A DNA stretch of 64,000 bases from Camelus dromedarius (lineage: Eukaryota): positions 57,660,001 to 57,724,000 of the forward strand of contig NC_087446.1 of NCBI RefSeq assembly GCF_036321535.1. Direction: 5' to 3'. The notes under the pieces were generated by a model that did no database searches, was not told the origin of the DNA, and saw only the letters and a program-made list of their open reading frames with translations. Below, piece after piece: positions 20,811 to 35,264 of the stretch. The position numbers and the translations under genes are program-made. Within the stretch, counting starts at the first letter, position 1, and the number at the start of each line of letters is the position of its first letter.

Positions 20811-21504
20811 ATTTTTTGTCAAAAATGAAGGACACTGTAAAGAGCTATTAGATTAAATCTTGGAATTCCTGAATGTCATACAACTATGCTTGCTGTTTAT
20901 AGTCTCTTTAGTTGCTTTATGCCCACGGTACAGTTAATGTATTTTCCCAATCCATTTCTTCCACTTCCGTGCCTAAGTTTCTTCAGTTCATTGTTCATTG
21001 ACATTTAAAAATATAGGAAAGGTTATTTCTGCTACAGAATTTTCTGGAAATGAAATGTATTTCTTTAAGACATACTTTGCAGTATTAGGTAGAAAATAAT
21101 TGTAATTCTTTTAAATATCAGTCTCTAAAAGGATCCTATGATTTCACATTGCAGTTCAAATGTAGAGTTTAACAATTAGTGTGTAATTTCTTGTGTATTT
21201 TCAAGATTCACCTTAATAATTTCTTAAGGTGTAAAGAATCTGCATGTTCTGTATTATTATGTATTAAGTTCAATCCACAGAAATAATATGTACTAGAGTA
21301 TTGCACGTTAAATGTAGACATTTATACTTTGTGAAATTTAGTGCATATTTTCAAGATGAACATTGTTCATATTATGTAACATTTACAGAATTTCCATGCT
21401 TTCTGTTTTCTATCACTTTTAGAAAATATTTATATTAAAATTTTCAAAAGAAATGCAATAAAACTTAAACACTGGCACTTTCCTAAACTCAAAGATCATC
21501 TTTA

Positions 21505-22540
21505 TGAGTTATTTTGATTTCTTTCTCAGGTGTTCATACATCTCCATTTTTTTAGGGTCTGTTTTTAGAAATTTATTCATTTGTTTCTTTGGGTCATTTT
21601 CCCCTTTTGCTTGTTTCTTCATGTTCCTTATAACGTGGTTTTGTTGCTTACACATTTGACAAAACAGCCACATCTGTGTTTTTTTAAACCGGATTTGTAA
21701 AGGCAAGACCATCCCCATTACATCCACTAGAAATTCTGGGGACTGCTCAAATCTTTTCTGAGGATGTATCTTCTCAGATCTGTGTTTGGAGATTTCCATT
21801 TTATGCAGCAGTAACCTATAATCTCTTGCTCTGTTTCTGTCTGCTGTAACTCAGTTGCTTGAAGAAGTCACACAGCTCTTTTTGTTCTCAGCAGCCTCTG
21901 GGCATCTAGAGCATGTGAGGTACCATAATGGCCCCAAGTTGAGCTAGAGAGACAGCAGTCCTCCAGCAGGCCCTGAAGATCCCAGATGTGGGACACATGC
22001 TCCACACTGCTCCCTTCCCCTGAGGGAGAGGCCACTCAGTTGTTTTAGCCTCAGACTATTAGAAATCGGTCCACTGGTACACAGATTTTCAAAAGCATCC
22101 TCTATAATATTATAAAACATACTTTCTTTAAATTAAATCCTTCTAAATTAGTTGAGTTTCACTTCATAGCCTAGAATATGGCCAGAATTTTGTAAACATT
22201 TCTTGTACATTAGAAAATTGTATGTAATGGTATTTAAGTGCAGTGTTCTATTTGAGTCCGCTCGTCTATTTGAGTTCATTAATCACATGATTTAAATATC
22301 TACTTCTACTGTTTGTATTATTCCCGAGTTATTTGAATTTTATAAAACAATGATGGAGTTGTTTCTCTTTGTAGTTATGTCATGTTTTTATTTTTGAAAA
22401 TATTGACACTGTTTTTATGCAGACAGAAATTTGCGATTGTTACATTCTTTTGGTCATAACTTTCTATCATGAAAAGCCACCAATTCCTCTCCATATGAAG
22501 TACACTTTTCTCCGTAATATCTACGTTGACTAATACTGAT
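21505..22540 (-). mobile_element. Ancient L1 fragments (paralogue of 1594-2640)
   Basis: Collinear with 1594-2640 at about 85% identity by eye. Confidence 0.6.
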
Positions 22541-24899
22541 AGAGTTATGCCAGCATTTGAAAAATATATGTTGTTTACAGGGCTTGTATTTTATCTATCT
22601 GTCATTTTCCTTTGACTGGATGCTAATGTATTGTGCAGGACATGTATCATCAGGTACATATTTTTATATCTTGGTCAGCTAGTGATTAGGTACACTCAAT
22701 AGGGCCATACATATGGATAGATGAAGAGGATGCAAGCACCAAAAATCTGGTTTGAAAAACTCTGAGAAACCTCTTTATAAGTTTTAATTTTGCCTTCTGA
22801 ACCTGCTCAGGTCTGATCTTCCAAGTACTATCTCCCTTTGATGACAGATCACTGCTATAAATGACCAGGTTTATGAATCAGAAGGTCCAATAACAGTTCA
22901 CTCTGGGAAGCTAAATCTAATGGTCAATTGATGCCTTTAGTCTCTTCTAGGACCCAGTAGCAAGCCAGGGTTTGTTGTTCCAAAGGAGAATGTTTATCTG
23001 CAAAAGGTTGTTCCACAATCACAGTTTGTATTTTGAACCTCTACTTGTGGCAAAGAAGGTGTGCCTTATTGCATTCCCTTTGTCACTGAAACTTCAAATA
23101 GCACTGGAATTGCTGGGTCATTTGGCCCCAGTGGAAGAGGACTAATACTAAAACAAATACTAAATTTCATGTGGAAAAGCAAGCATGCAATAAGAATCAA
23201 GAAATCTTGAGAAACAAGAGCAATATAAGAGGACTAACCATACAGATATAAAAATATAACATAAGGCTTGTGTAACTAAAACATGTACTCAGGCAGGAGA
23301 AGAGAGATTATTTGCATAGTTTTAACTTTTCAAATATTCTTATTGTTTCACATATTTCAAAGATAAAATTTAATGAGCAAAAACGGGGGAACCCTTACAA
23401 GTGAATACACTCAGGTGAACATAATTTTAAAATCAATTGATTACCACATAGGGAGAAGAACAAAGAACTGATACAAGTAGTTTTTCAAGTAGCATTTTGA
23501 CAACTGATCATCAGTAGGACAGGGACTGAAAAAAAATGAAATTTATTTAGTAGGTTTGTTTTTATAAAAGCAGTGTTACAATTCAAAAACTATTTGTGTG
23601 TGTTATAGAATTGTGTAACTGATAGCTTAACGGGTTTGCTGGAACCAGATTTCTCACTGCAGAGAAAGAGATACAACGTGGTATAAGAGAAGTTGAAAAA
23701 TCCTGTGTTACTAGATTGGAATAAGAAATGTCAGTGTGAGACTATTACTTTTTCAAATGTATTTCTTTTCTCCATTTTATGAAAGTTCCAAGGAATAGCA
23801 ATAACTAAATAGCACAGGCCACACAAGGCATCATGGGTTCTAATACCATTTCTTGGGAAAATTAACCTCTGAGAACTGTAGAAATGTTTGATTCCAGGAC
23901 TAAACATTAAAAGAACAAGATGAGCTAAAGTATCTCATTGTTCCAAAAAATAAGTCCTCAGAAAGTGTAGCAACATGTCAAATGATAGAGTTTTCTTAGA
24001 AGGAGCTCTCACTGACAATATCAGGGCACTGAAATATAATGATAAAAGTAGATAATAACACACTAAGTAGGAAAACACTATGAAATAAATTGATAATAGG
24101 AATAGAGAAGATAATGCTGTTCTTTATGATAAAATTCCAACAAATAAATGTAAAAGGAGAAACAGATTTAGGAAAATAACCATTGTGTTAATATTAATGT
24201 TATACTATTATATATTTCTATTAATTAGATTAGAAAACAAATAAGAATGATTATAAACAGATAAAAGTCTGTTAGGGAACATAATATTTATACAGTCTCA
24301 AAATATCCCTGCACTGTACATAATTTTTACTGTATGTAATTTTTAATTAGTCAGGGGGGAAAGTGCCTTTACAGTGGAGAACTTTTCTATAGAGAACCAT
24401 ATTCACAAGTAATAAATGTTATCATCATTGATAATATAAAGCTGACATGAAATATCTCATAACATGATGTCCTGAGATGTTTCAGTCCCACTGACTATTT
24501 GCCCATGGACAACACACAATCTCAGTTATGGCAGCTTTATCTGGTGTTATAATTACTCAGATTTCCTGCCCTCCCACTTCTTCAGGATTGCCTTGGCAGT
24601 ATTGTCTTTGGATTTTTATTTAAGTTATGTGCCATCAAGTGAAGTACATAGATAATAAATGCATAACAAATTTAATTATCCACAGAAAATGTAAACATAT
24701 GTAACCAACAGGAAGAACAAAACCAGATTATTATCGGCTACCCAGAAGCCCTATCATGCTGCCTGTACTCACATGGACTATTTTCTTTGAACTCCTTTTT
24801 ACTTAGGGCTGCTACTGGTTTTTAACTAAATCCTTCTCTGTTCAGAATTTTTTTCTTCTTCTAAATTTTTGATGCTTGGTCTGTTATGAACCAGCGACG

Positions 24900-25660
24900 G
24901 GGAGCAGCTACAGAGCTACAGTCCTATGATGAGATCTCAGTCTTTTAGTCAGCCCACGCCTCTGGACTGTGAACTTCACAAGTGGTTCTCATTTTTTTTT
25001 TTTTTTTCTCCCTGCTTAGCTGGAAAAGAATAGTTAGGGTGCGCTTCATTTGGGTATTTCCCTCTCTCACTTGGAAGGCTAAGAGCCACTAGAGTTGGGT
25101 ATTTCCTTTCCCCCAGTTCAGTTAGGCTCTGACAATGTACCAGCTGGTTAACTAGTTTCCTTGAGGGCAGGACTTTTTAAGGAACAGAATGTTCCGACGT
25201 TTTTCAGAATGTTTCCTTTCTCCCTCCCCATGCAGGAGGCATAAGGTGATACTTCTCTGCTATTTACTGTCTCATCCTGGTCAAGCTCTGGAGGCAAATC
25301 TCACAATACTATGGAGGTCTCACTTTATCTTGGTCTCCTTAGAGCTTTTAACTCTCCAAGTTTTCCACACTGGCCCTACTGCCACTCGTCAGTGATGGTT
25401 CAGGTTTTCCCACTTCGCACCGGTGCCTACGACAGTGTCTACCCATGAGCCTCTGCGCCAGCGGACCCTGATGTATTCACCTGACTCTCCGCACGGGAGG
25501 AAGTCATCTACCCTGCCTCCTTCCTGCTCTATGGCTCCAAAATGAGTTGCTGCTTTTTCCATCTGTCCAGCTATTTTCTTCTTGTTAGAACGGAGTGGTG
25601 GCTTCCAAGTTCTTACATCCATAACTGGGAAACTGGAAGTATCAGATATCTTTGATCACA
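24900..25660 (-). mobile_element. Old L1 5'-region fragment (L1M/L1ME-type)
   Basis: Antisense L1 5'-like sequence (ctggactgtgaacttcacaagtgg, tgggtatttccctctc, gagtggtggcttccaagttcttacatcc). Present only in module 2. Confidence 0.55.
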
Positions 25661-26391
25661 TTATTTTTGTGTTTAATCTCACATTTCTACACGTTCTTTG
25701 CACGAGTACTGATCTGTCTCAAGCTGCACCACGTCATAGAAACAGAAGACTTACGTATTATATTTCAGTTAATTGTTCCCAAAATTTGAAGATGGATTTT
25801 CTAAATCTTTTTTGGATTTAGAAATCTAAAAGCTTTTCGTAAGTTTTCCAGTGTTACAACACGAATAATAGCAAAGCTTGAACCTATTTCTCTTAGATCT
25901 AAGACTCCACTTTTTAAAATCATGATATGCTCTCTTCCACTAATATTCTTGTAATAACATAAGCACTTACATATCACACTAAAAATAGTTTTTGAAACTT
26001 TTGACCCCTGAAAGTAACAAAAGTTACCTATAGCTGAAAACTTAAAAGATATCTATAAAAATGGCTCTTTTAATAGATATGCTAGTAATACTGATTAGTA
26101 GTGATATAAAAAATTAGCATCATCATCAATTTCAAATTAGTTTAATCTCCAAACATAATTTTATTAAATACTGTATATGACTCAGAGTAACTTAGAATAT
26201 TTGACAAGTATTTTAACACATTATTTTTTGGACAATTTTTGGTGAACATGTAATTCAGCTGACAAGTTAGAAAATGGTGAAAATATTATTTTAGTATAAA
26301 TTCATAGTAAAGAAATAACAAAAAAATAATTGGATCAATAGAGTATATTACTTAGTACAATAGCGTAAGTTTGCTGATAATACGTGTTTTG

Positions 26392-26640
26392 ACATAGTGG
26401 TAAAAGTCCTGAATTGAGAGACAGGTTGCTTTACTTACATCCATTCAGAACTCTGTCCTTTATTAGGTGACACTGCTCAGGCCATTTTCTCTCATTGATT
26501 TACCCTTGTCTTTTGGTAAGCTGAGAGAAGGTGGGATTCATTTCTATTTTGATTATGTTGTATCCCTAGTGTTTATAAAGTGTCAAAATATAGAAGATTC
26601 TCAAGAAGTATTTGTTGAATGAATAGTGATTGAGTCAAAA
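26392..26640 (+). mobile_element. MIR and L2 3'-end remnants
   Basis: gacatagtggtaaaagtcctgaattgagagacagg (MIR start) and ctcaagaagtatttgttgaatgaatagtgattg (L2 tail). Confidence 0.5.
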
Positions 26641-29600
26641 GACTTCTCTTTTGTCATTTCTAAAATGAAATTAAAAGGAATCTAAATTGTAAATTCTTGC
26701 AATAGATTGTATATCCCATTAATTACTGGGGTAAACCCAGTACAGTAATCAAATGAAAGGGATCTCTGGATAGTGGATCCCTCTCAACAATTAGCCACCA
26801 TTACTATTATGGAAAAATGACCTGAAAAGATTCTTAGAAGAGATTGCAGAGTTTAATGGGTATTTAATCCAAATTTTCTCATGCCTTTTGATGGGAACTT
26901 ACTGAACACCACATTGTATCTCATTCTTGATTTTATTGTTCTGTATTCATTGTTTTGAATATTTACTTGATACTTAATAGGTTGGAGAGTCACTTTATGG
27001 AGACATTTTACGATAAAAGAAAAGAAAATGTAATGTTTCCACATAAGATCAAGTCATCCCAATAGTTCACTCAATAAGATTAAAAAAAAAAAATCTATTC
27101 TTCAGAGAAATCCTGATTTAGGAATTTCAGGAAACCTATTCTAAAACCTTTGCACATTTAGATATTTTCTCACTTAGATAGTATGCAACATATTCCATAT
27201 ATTTCTAGCCTATTTCTCATGCTTTTCTATCTCTTTGGACATTGTCTGCCACGTTTCTTGTTTCAATATTGGTACAAATGTTGATAACATGTTTATAATC
27301 CTTATTGTATTTTCCTCTTGGCCCCTGTTGACACATTGAATTCACTGGAGTATTTCCCATGAGCCTTGGGCATACATGGTGGATAAAATAACACAATGAC
27401 TTATGTAGGTTAAAATCCATGTAGAAATCATATCCAGAAAGGCCTAAAGTAGCTCCATAGCTTGCTTCTCATCACTATTTTTGTTCACATGGCTACAATG
27501 GAAAATGTATCAAAGAATATTAGCTACAGAAATGAAACAATTTCAAATGTATTGAGATGGAATATTTTTAGAAATGCTGGATTTCTTAACCTAAAATTGA
27601 AACAGTTGCCAATGTATTTCTTTTTTTAAAAATTTGAACCACTGATGTGATGGGTTTGTACAGATAGAGGTAAGATTGTAAAGTTAAAGCCAATGAAACT
27701 TTTTCTTAGCACTGATTCATTAATTTTTAGTTCTACTTTTCATCAGGTTGAGTGGAATAATCTGGGGTTGCTATTCTTTTCTGTATACATCAAGGATTAT
27801 AAAAAATGAGCATGTTTACACTTCATGTGTATAGTAATAATTTATTTCTTTATTAATTTTCAGAGAATTACTCTCTGAGTTTGGGACTCCTAATTGACTA
27901 TAGGTTTGATAAGTAGCATATGATTCAGTTTCAGGCAGAAAGAGTTTAAAATTCCAGTTTTATTGTTAACTAGCTGTATGATCTTGTTTATGTTATTTAA
28001 CTTCTCAGTGTTATTTTTTTCAAAATTAACATAGTGCTATTGTAATGAGTAAATCAGTTAAGTACATAAAACCTTAGCATTGTCTCTCAAATGAGTTTCC
28101 TCAAAAATGGTTATTATTATTTCATAGTGGGACTATCTTCCTTAAATGTGATAACTATTTTTAGAAATAATACAGATAACAGTGCTCACTATGTGGGACT
28201 ACATGCTATAAAACTTTAATTTGATTTTAATTTTTATATAAATTAGCCCTCTCAATAATTCAATGAAATATTATTCTCATCTTCAGAATGGAAAAATGTT
28301 TTAAACCTAAAAACTTGGAGACAATTGCCTTTTTAATGCACTTCTCTTAGGATACAAAGCCTGTATGTTGTCCCAATAATCTAACACATTATAAAAAAAA
28401 ATTAAGTCCTGATGCCATACTTTTTATAAGAATTTCTTTTCCTTTTTGAGTTAAAAAATTATCTTCAAATATAGATAGTAGTTAATAAATGGAAACAATC
28501 AGGAGAGAAATAGAACATGTCTGTGAAAACCTACAGATTTTGAGAGTGACTTAGGTGGTTAATGTTTTTCCTTGATTATTCCAGTTCATACTGGTTTGTG
28601 CTTTAATCTGACTGACTTGATCTGACTCTACCTTTCTATTGGAGGAAAAAGCAAGGTCATTTTTTTTCCCCCAGGGACAGAGAGAAATAAAACTCTGAAC
28701 TAATTGTAAGAATATCCTAAAGCAGTCTTAGATAATAATCTGAAAATAATCTAAATTGTTACTTCTAATGAATTTATTTTTCATGTAGTCATGATGAAGT
28801 TCTTACACAGTATTAGATGTCAGCAAACAGAGTCAGGAGTGGAATGAATCATTCCAGAAAAAAAAAAATTAGGGTTGTTATAAAACCAAAATTTACTGAA
28901 GGTATTGAAATTGAACCAGTATTCTGTTCTCTTATCTTACAAATTACCCTAGCCTATAGACCTAACAAGACAATCAAGAAAAAGACTGTCAAGTAAGTGG
29001 GAAAGATAATTAAAAAACTGTGTCGTAATGTTGAGGGTGCAAATTGCCTTTTTTAAGAGTTTTAATTTAAGAAGAGAGAACTAGTACACATAGAGAATGG
29101 GAGATGATAAATTATGCTCCCAATTATATTGTGGAATTCAGGGAGCTTCCCACCTACTTCTCAACACTTATTAAAAAGTATAAGGAGAAAAATATCTTAA
29201 TCTTTAATGTGCATTTAAATATGTTGTTTATTTAAATTGGGCAATTTTGGGGGTACTATTTTTCTTTTCTGAAAGAGGCCATCCTTAAAATTTAGTATAG
29301 AATGGAGGAAGTGTCCTGAAAATCATTTCCATTTGTTTTATTTAACACAATGGCAAGCATTTGTTTACTGAATAGGCTAATTTTTACTTTCAGTGAGCTA
29401 CAAGCCTGATTCAGCAATGAGATATTAAAAAGAAAGGAATAGAAAGGAATATGAAGCTTGTTATCATAAGTCACATGGAACTAGGGAAAAATGTGGATGA
29501 GCAATTAGGAAGGAAAGTCTGAACTGATGTCTTAGAGGCTTGGATATAGGCTTCATTACTTTACCAAAAACATTCCAGAAATACTTTACAGATCACATCA

Positions 29601-31132
29601 CACAAATGGTTTACAGATCAAAGAGTCATACACAGCTGTTAATCTCAGATTATTGTTCACTAAGAACAACAAATTTTATTTACATTTATAAATATCTATC
29701 ATTCTTACATTGCCATAAATTGTTTACAGAATATATAATTCTGATATCTGCTTTTCTTGTAAGTGCTCTTAAGCCTTTTTTTTCTCTAGCCCCTGAGGAA
29801 TAGTGAAAGAAAATGTTCATTTTTTTGTGAACTTCACATGCTCTCCCAGTAGCCTTGGCCACCATCCATCTCAGCTGGAATTTTCCTAAAACTGACAGCA
29901 GCAATACTTTTTGCTATACAGAAGACATGAATGAAAAGAGGGCTCACACTTGTAAGAAAATAAAAAAAAACCTGAGAAATTTCACAACATTATGATGCAT
30001 GACATAATACAAATAAACAAACATATACCTTGAAATTAAATATTCTGTTACAAATATTTCTGTTACAAAGCTTCTCTCCTGACATTGCAATGTAAACGTC
30101 ACCATTTAATGAGAAGTCACATAATGAGTGATATGAAAATGAATAAACTGGTTCAATTTACTGAGGGAAATCTTAGCTTCCTTTTAAAATAAATGCATTG
30201 TTATTATTCCTGTTATTCAGGAAGGCAAACGGCTTTCATTGCTATTTTATGGATTATTCCAATAAGCTGACAAAATGGAGCTTCCATTAAGTGAATCCTG
30301 GTGTAAATAAGAGGCAAAATATAAAAATATAATGTGGGATAGAGAGAGGGAGAGAATAATAAAATAATTTAGCTGGGAGAAATGTTGAAGAAAAGTTGTT
30401 TCATGGAAGATAACGTTTTATTTTAGACATTTGTACAATTTGGTGTCCTTAGCCTATGATGTAGATCCAACCTACCCAATGTCCACTCAGCCTCCTTTCT
30501 ACCCTGGACTCGCTAATATCTGAGGAAGTCATGGCAATAAATCCATTATCTGTGGCTTCAGAGGAGGAGCAGGAGGTTGGAAAGTGAACGTGAGAGTGGA
30601 AACTCAGAAACCTGTCACGTTGTTAAAGATTTAACTCCAATGACTTTCAGATTTGGGAGACATACTCATTTAAGTGACTTTTCTCCTGACACATCTGGCT
30701 TTTCTAAATTACACTAGAGAAAAATAATACAAGAATTTGGGTGATAAAAATTAGGAAATGAGATACTTATATTGGGATTGAGGAAGAAAAGACAAGGTGT
30801 TTCCCAATGGGAAGGGAAATTTGGGTGGCATTTCTATTCCAGTATGTCTTAGGTTTCAGAAAAAAACTAGATTAAAATCCCTGCTCTTCCCATTTAGGTT
30901 CTGCGATTTGGATACGAGTTTTAAAAATCGTTTTAGCCTGTTTACAATCTGTCAAATAGGGATTTTATAAAGAAACATTCTATGTGAAACAGACTCTGGC
31001 ATATGGTAAAAATCTTACTTTAAAACATGTCATCTATGTTCATGAACTTGTTTTAAAAATCTCCTAAATTAAATTAGCATGGCATAATAGTTGACTTCCA
31101 GAGGCAAATTCCAATTCTATCTGTGGGTAATC

Positions 31133-31172
31133 CTCTTTTCTTTAAGTCTTCTCTTTGTGTTTCCTCTTGTAG
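31133..31172 (+). promoter_or_regulatory. Splice acceptor upstream of OR6C1-like copy B
   Basis: Same polypyrimidine tract with AG at 31171-31172, 24 nt before the ATG. Confidence 0.65.
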
Positions 31173-31196
31173 TTGACACAAGAGAAGAGAAAACAA

Positions 31197-32135
31197 ATGA
31201 GGAACTACACAGTAATAAGAGAGTTCATCCTCCTGGGACTGTCCGATGACCCACAGCTTCAGGCTGTCATCTTCATCTTTCTGCTCATCCCCTACATGCT
31301 CAGCATCACTGGGAACCTGACCATTATCACCCTGACCCTGCTGGACTCCCACCTCCAGACTCCCATGTATTTCTTCCTCAGAAACTTCTCCTTACTAGAG
31401 GTGTCATTCACAACTGTCACTATACCCAGGTTCCTGAGCACCATTGTTACAGGAGATAAAACCATTTCCTTTGATGACTGTATGGCTCAGTTATTTTTTT
31501 TCATTCTCCTGGGAGTCACTGAATTTTACCTGCTGGCTGCCATGTCTTATGACCGCTATGTTGCCATCTGCAAACCTCTGCATTACACAACCATCATGAA
31601 CCAGAGAGTCTGCATACTGCTTGTCTTTGCTTCTTGGCTGGCTTCATTCTTAATTATATTCCCATCACTCATGCTATTTATACAGCTTGATTACTGTAAG
31701 ACCAATGTCATTGACCATTTTACTTGTGATTATTTTCCTTTATTACACCTTTCCTGTTCAGACACCAAATTCCTAGAGACAATGGGTTTTTCCTGTGCTG
31801 TGTTCACTCTAATGTTCACTTTGGCACTGATATTCCTGTCCTACATATATATCATCAGCACAATTGTGCGGATTCCTTCTACCAGTCAGAGGACAAAGGC
31901 CTTTTCCACGTGTTCCTCCCACATGATTGTCATCTCCATCTCCTATGGCAGCTGCATCTTCATGTACATTAATCCATCAGCAAAGGATAGAGTGTCTTTG
32001 AGCAAGGGTGTGGCTGTGCTCAACACCTCAGTAGCCCCCATGCTGAACCCCTTTATTTACAGCCTAAGGAATCAGCAAGTGAAACGAGCCTTCATGCACA
32101 TGGCAAGGAAGATTGTATTTTTCTCAAGCAAATGA
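31197..32135 (+). CDS. OR6C1: Olfactory receptor 6C1-like, copy B (312 aa)
   Basis: ATG at 31197, complete OR motif set, and C-terminus [16 protein letters not shown] resembling human OR6C1. Confidence 0.93.
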   Translation: MRNYTVIREFILLGLSDDPQLQAVIFIFLLIPYMLSITGNLTIITLTLLDSHLQTPMYFFLRNFSLLEVSFTTVTIPRFLSTIVTGDKTISFDDCMAQLFFFILLGVTEFYLLAAMSYDRYVAICKPLHYTTIMNQRVCILLVFASWLASFLIIFPSLMLFIQLDYCKTNVIDHFTCDYFPLLHLSCSDTKFLETMGFSCAVFTLMFTLALIFLSYIYIISTIVRIPSTSQRTKAFSTCSSHMIVISISYGSCIFMYINPSAKDRVSLSKGVAVLNTSVAPMLNPFIYSLRNQQVKRAFMHMARKIVFFSSK

Positions 32136-33849
32136 AAAAACAAATGTGCTGTTTCATAAATCAGAGGCATAATGAGAGCAATTAAATGAAAATCACGGCC
32201 TTTCAAAATCTATTAATTTCCACATAGCCTCCCATGAGTTATTTTTCATTGCTTATAATTTTATTGCCAGTGTGTTACCAAGAATATTTGTATATGTATA
32301 TATTTTTCTTTTTTTCCTTTCAAATTCTTCATCTATATATATATTTATTCATTTTCCTTTTAAATTCTCTTCCTTCTCTCATGCACTTCCCTTCCTTTGG
32401 GCTGGTCTTTCCACTCAGTAACTATGAGACTAAACTCAGTGCATTTTTGAAATCTTTTTTAATTCCAATTTTTCAGAATAATTTTTAGAAAATGAAAGAA
32501 AGACAGAAAGAGTTAGGGCAAGAGCACACAAGAGAGAACTGCGTCTTATGGTTCACCAGGACACACCCTTTCTAGAAATTGAGGAAATATTAAATCACGT
32601 TTAACATTATTTTTAATTTAGTACCCAATGACCATGAACAAAGTCTGACAGTCTTCCTAGAATGTAACACATACTATCCCCGCCACATTGTGGACCGCTT
32701 AGTAACTATGTGAAAAACAGGACAACTGAAAGAATAACGTAATTATATTTTTTTGAGAAATCAAAAAACATTGCTCACTACTAAGTTTAAATTTTCTGTG
32801 CCGTATAATTTATCAATTCGAAAAACAATTATGACTTCATAATTGCTTAAGGAAAACTATGAAATAGCCCCTCCATTTTGGAACTCCATAATTCATTTAT
32901 ATACCATAAAAATTCTTAATAAAATCCTGAAGAAATAAATATTAATGGATACCAAGTATGACTATGTTTGCTGTGGCTCTGTGGTATATTTAAATAAATG
33001 ATTAATGTTAAACTGGTTTTTTAATAATCAATAGCTAAGAGTTTTATAACTTTCTCATCTTTGTGGCTCTTTTGCTATAATGGCTTACACATACAATTTA
33101 TTTAATTGCCTGCTTAAATGACACACCTAATTAATAGAAAGGAAGGCGCAGACAATGGCAAAGTTGTACTGTATTTAAAACTGAGTTTTTTTGTTAAAAA
33201 GCTTATGTTCTGTCTATTTGAAGCATCGCATTGGACAATTTACTGATTAGAAATTATATGACAATCATTACAAAATCATGCAGTTCTGGACCTGAACTTT
33301 TTTTTTTCTGTTTTCCATGAAGTCAGAAGCTGAAATAATAATGATGGTTACTTAAAATCATCCTAAATTTTTTAACCATTTTTCTTCAAAACAAAGGCTG
33401 TAATTGTAACTCATTGAGCCAAATTCTTCTTGATATTAATATACTATACTCAATTCAGAGACCTACATCTATGATTTGCAAAAAAATAAAACAAAACAAC
33501 TTATAGAAAAAGTACTGTGGAGACTTCCAGTTTGTAGGCAGGTCATGGAATTACTATTTCCTTCCTTCATACTGAAACTATAGTTCCTAAACTAACTGGA
33601 AACATTCAAAAATAATGAAGTTTAGACTTGATTGAAGATTGTAGGTTCTTAAGTACTCAATAAAAATATACCATAAAATGCAGACGAGTATAGATCTGAG
33701 AATTAAAAGAACTGTAAAACTATTACAAAAGATACGAAGGAGTTTATGCTGGTATTTTCAGATGATACAGCCCTCTGTATAACTCTATACAAACTCATTA
33801 GTGGTTATTACACGTTTTGAATCTGTATCAGGATTTTGATTGTCAATAC

Positions 33850-34065
33850 TAGAGGTCAACAAACTTTTTCTGTAAAGGGCAATATATTCATAATTTAGAT
33901 TTTGCAGGTCATAGTGTCTCCCATGCAGCTCTCCCCCTCTGTAGTATCTCTGTAGCTATAAACAAATTGTAAATGAATGAGATTAAGTGTTTTCTGATAA
34001 ACTGTTGAAGAAAAATAGGTGGTGGGACAAATTTGGCCCATGGACCATAGTTTGTCCACCCTTGT
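33850..34065 (-). mobile_element. MER58A (hAT-Charlie) DNA transposon
   Basis: Reverse complement of the MER58A consensus as I recall it: aacaaactttttctgtaaagggc...ttgcaggtcatagtgtctc...aatttggcccatggaccatagtttgtccaccc. Confidence 0.75.
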
Positions 34066-35264
34066 CTTAGACTTTTCTGTGAACACTGGTCCACATATTA
34101 TCTCATTTAATATAATTTGACTAAAATGCGAAAATTCAATAATAGATGTAAGATGTTAACATTTTTAACTCCAATTTTTATTTTTTACTTTGAACTTGAA
34201 TGAAAGTAATCTTACAAAACATGTCCAGAGGAAAAAAAGAGGTAAATGTTTCTAAATCATTTTTGGATGTTTGTATAATTCTTAATGTCAAATGATAATA
34301 TGAGAAATGAAAAAATCACCAGCAATTTGATTCATAAATTCGAAGATAAAATAGTAAAAGAAATTAGCAAAACTCCTATGTCATGTTGAGAACAATTTTA
34401 TCCCAAAGGTAATTTATCTCTAAAAAGTCTATTTGTGGTATTTACCACATTAAAAGAGTAAAGATGGGGAAAAAATGGTTAAAGAGAGAAAATCACACAT
34501 TCTGTTAAAATCAAATGCTCATTTATCATTTAAAAAAAATCTCTTAGTAAAATAGAACAAAACATTGTTTGAGTAGCATAAAGACCTGACTAGATCATCA
34601 CAATCAGGTATGCTATATGCTCCTTAATTGGCTCTAATTTGAACAAGTCAACTATAAAATGGTATTTTGGGATAATTGGGGACATAAGAGTTTGAGCAAA
34701 GTGATAAATAATACCAAAGATTTTTTGTTAATTTTGCTAGCTTGAAAATTGCATTGTGGTTAAGCAAGAATACAAACATGTATTTTAGGAATTCATTCTG
34801 AAAATACACAGGAGTGAAAAAGTATGATGTTTAGGTTTTGCTTTGAAATACACCAACAAAAGAAAAATAAACTTTTAAAAAGACAGCTAAAATAAATAAT
34901 TTTTTAAACTTCATATTGTTTGAATCTGCTTGATCTGTATGAGAAATTCATTTCTCCACTTTCCTATCTTAGTGTATATTTGAAAATATTCATAATAAAA
35001 ATTACAGCAAGGATCATGCTTAATTTTTTAATCAGTAGCAACAGCCTTGGTAAAATCAGCTACAAATGAGAATGACCACTGTCTCTGCTTTTATTCAGTG
35101 CTCTGCTGTAGGTTCTATCCAGGGCACTAGCACAAGAAAACAATATATTCAAAAGTATTGGAAAGGGGGAAACAACAACAAAAAAAGCCTTCTCTGCAAG
35201 TAACATGATTTTTCTCCCAGGGCCTTAGTATATTTACATTAAATGTTTCTTTTACCAGCAAATC

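Noticed and set aside
32234-32488. 84-aa hydrophobic ORF repeated almost identically at 45293-45532
   Set aside because: This is low-complexity T-rich 3' flank duplicated in the palindrome. The identity reflects conversion, not coding constraint.
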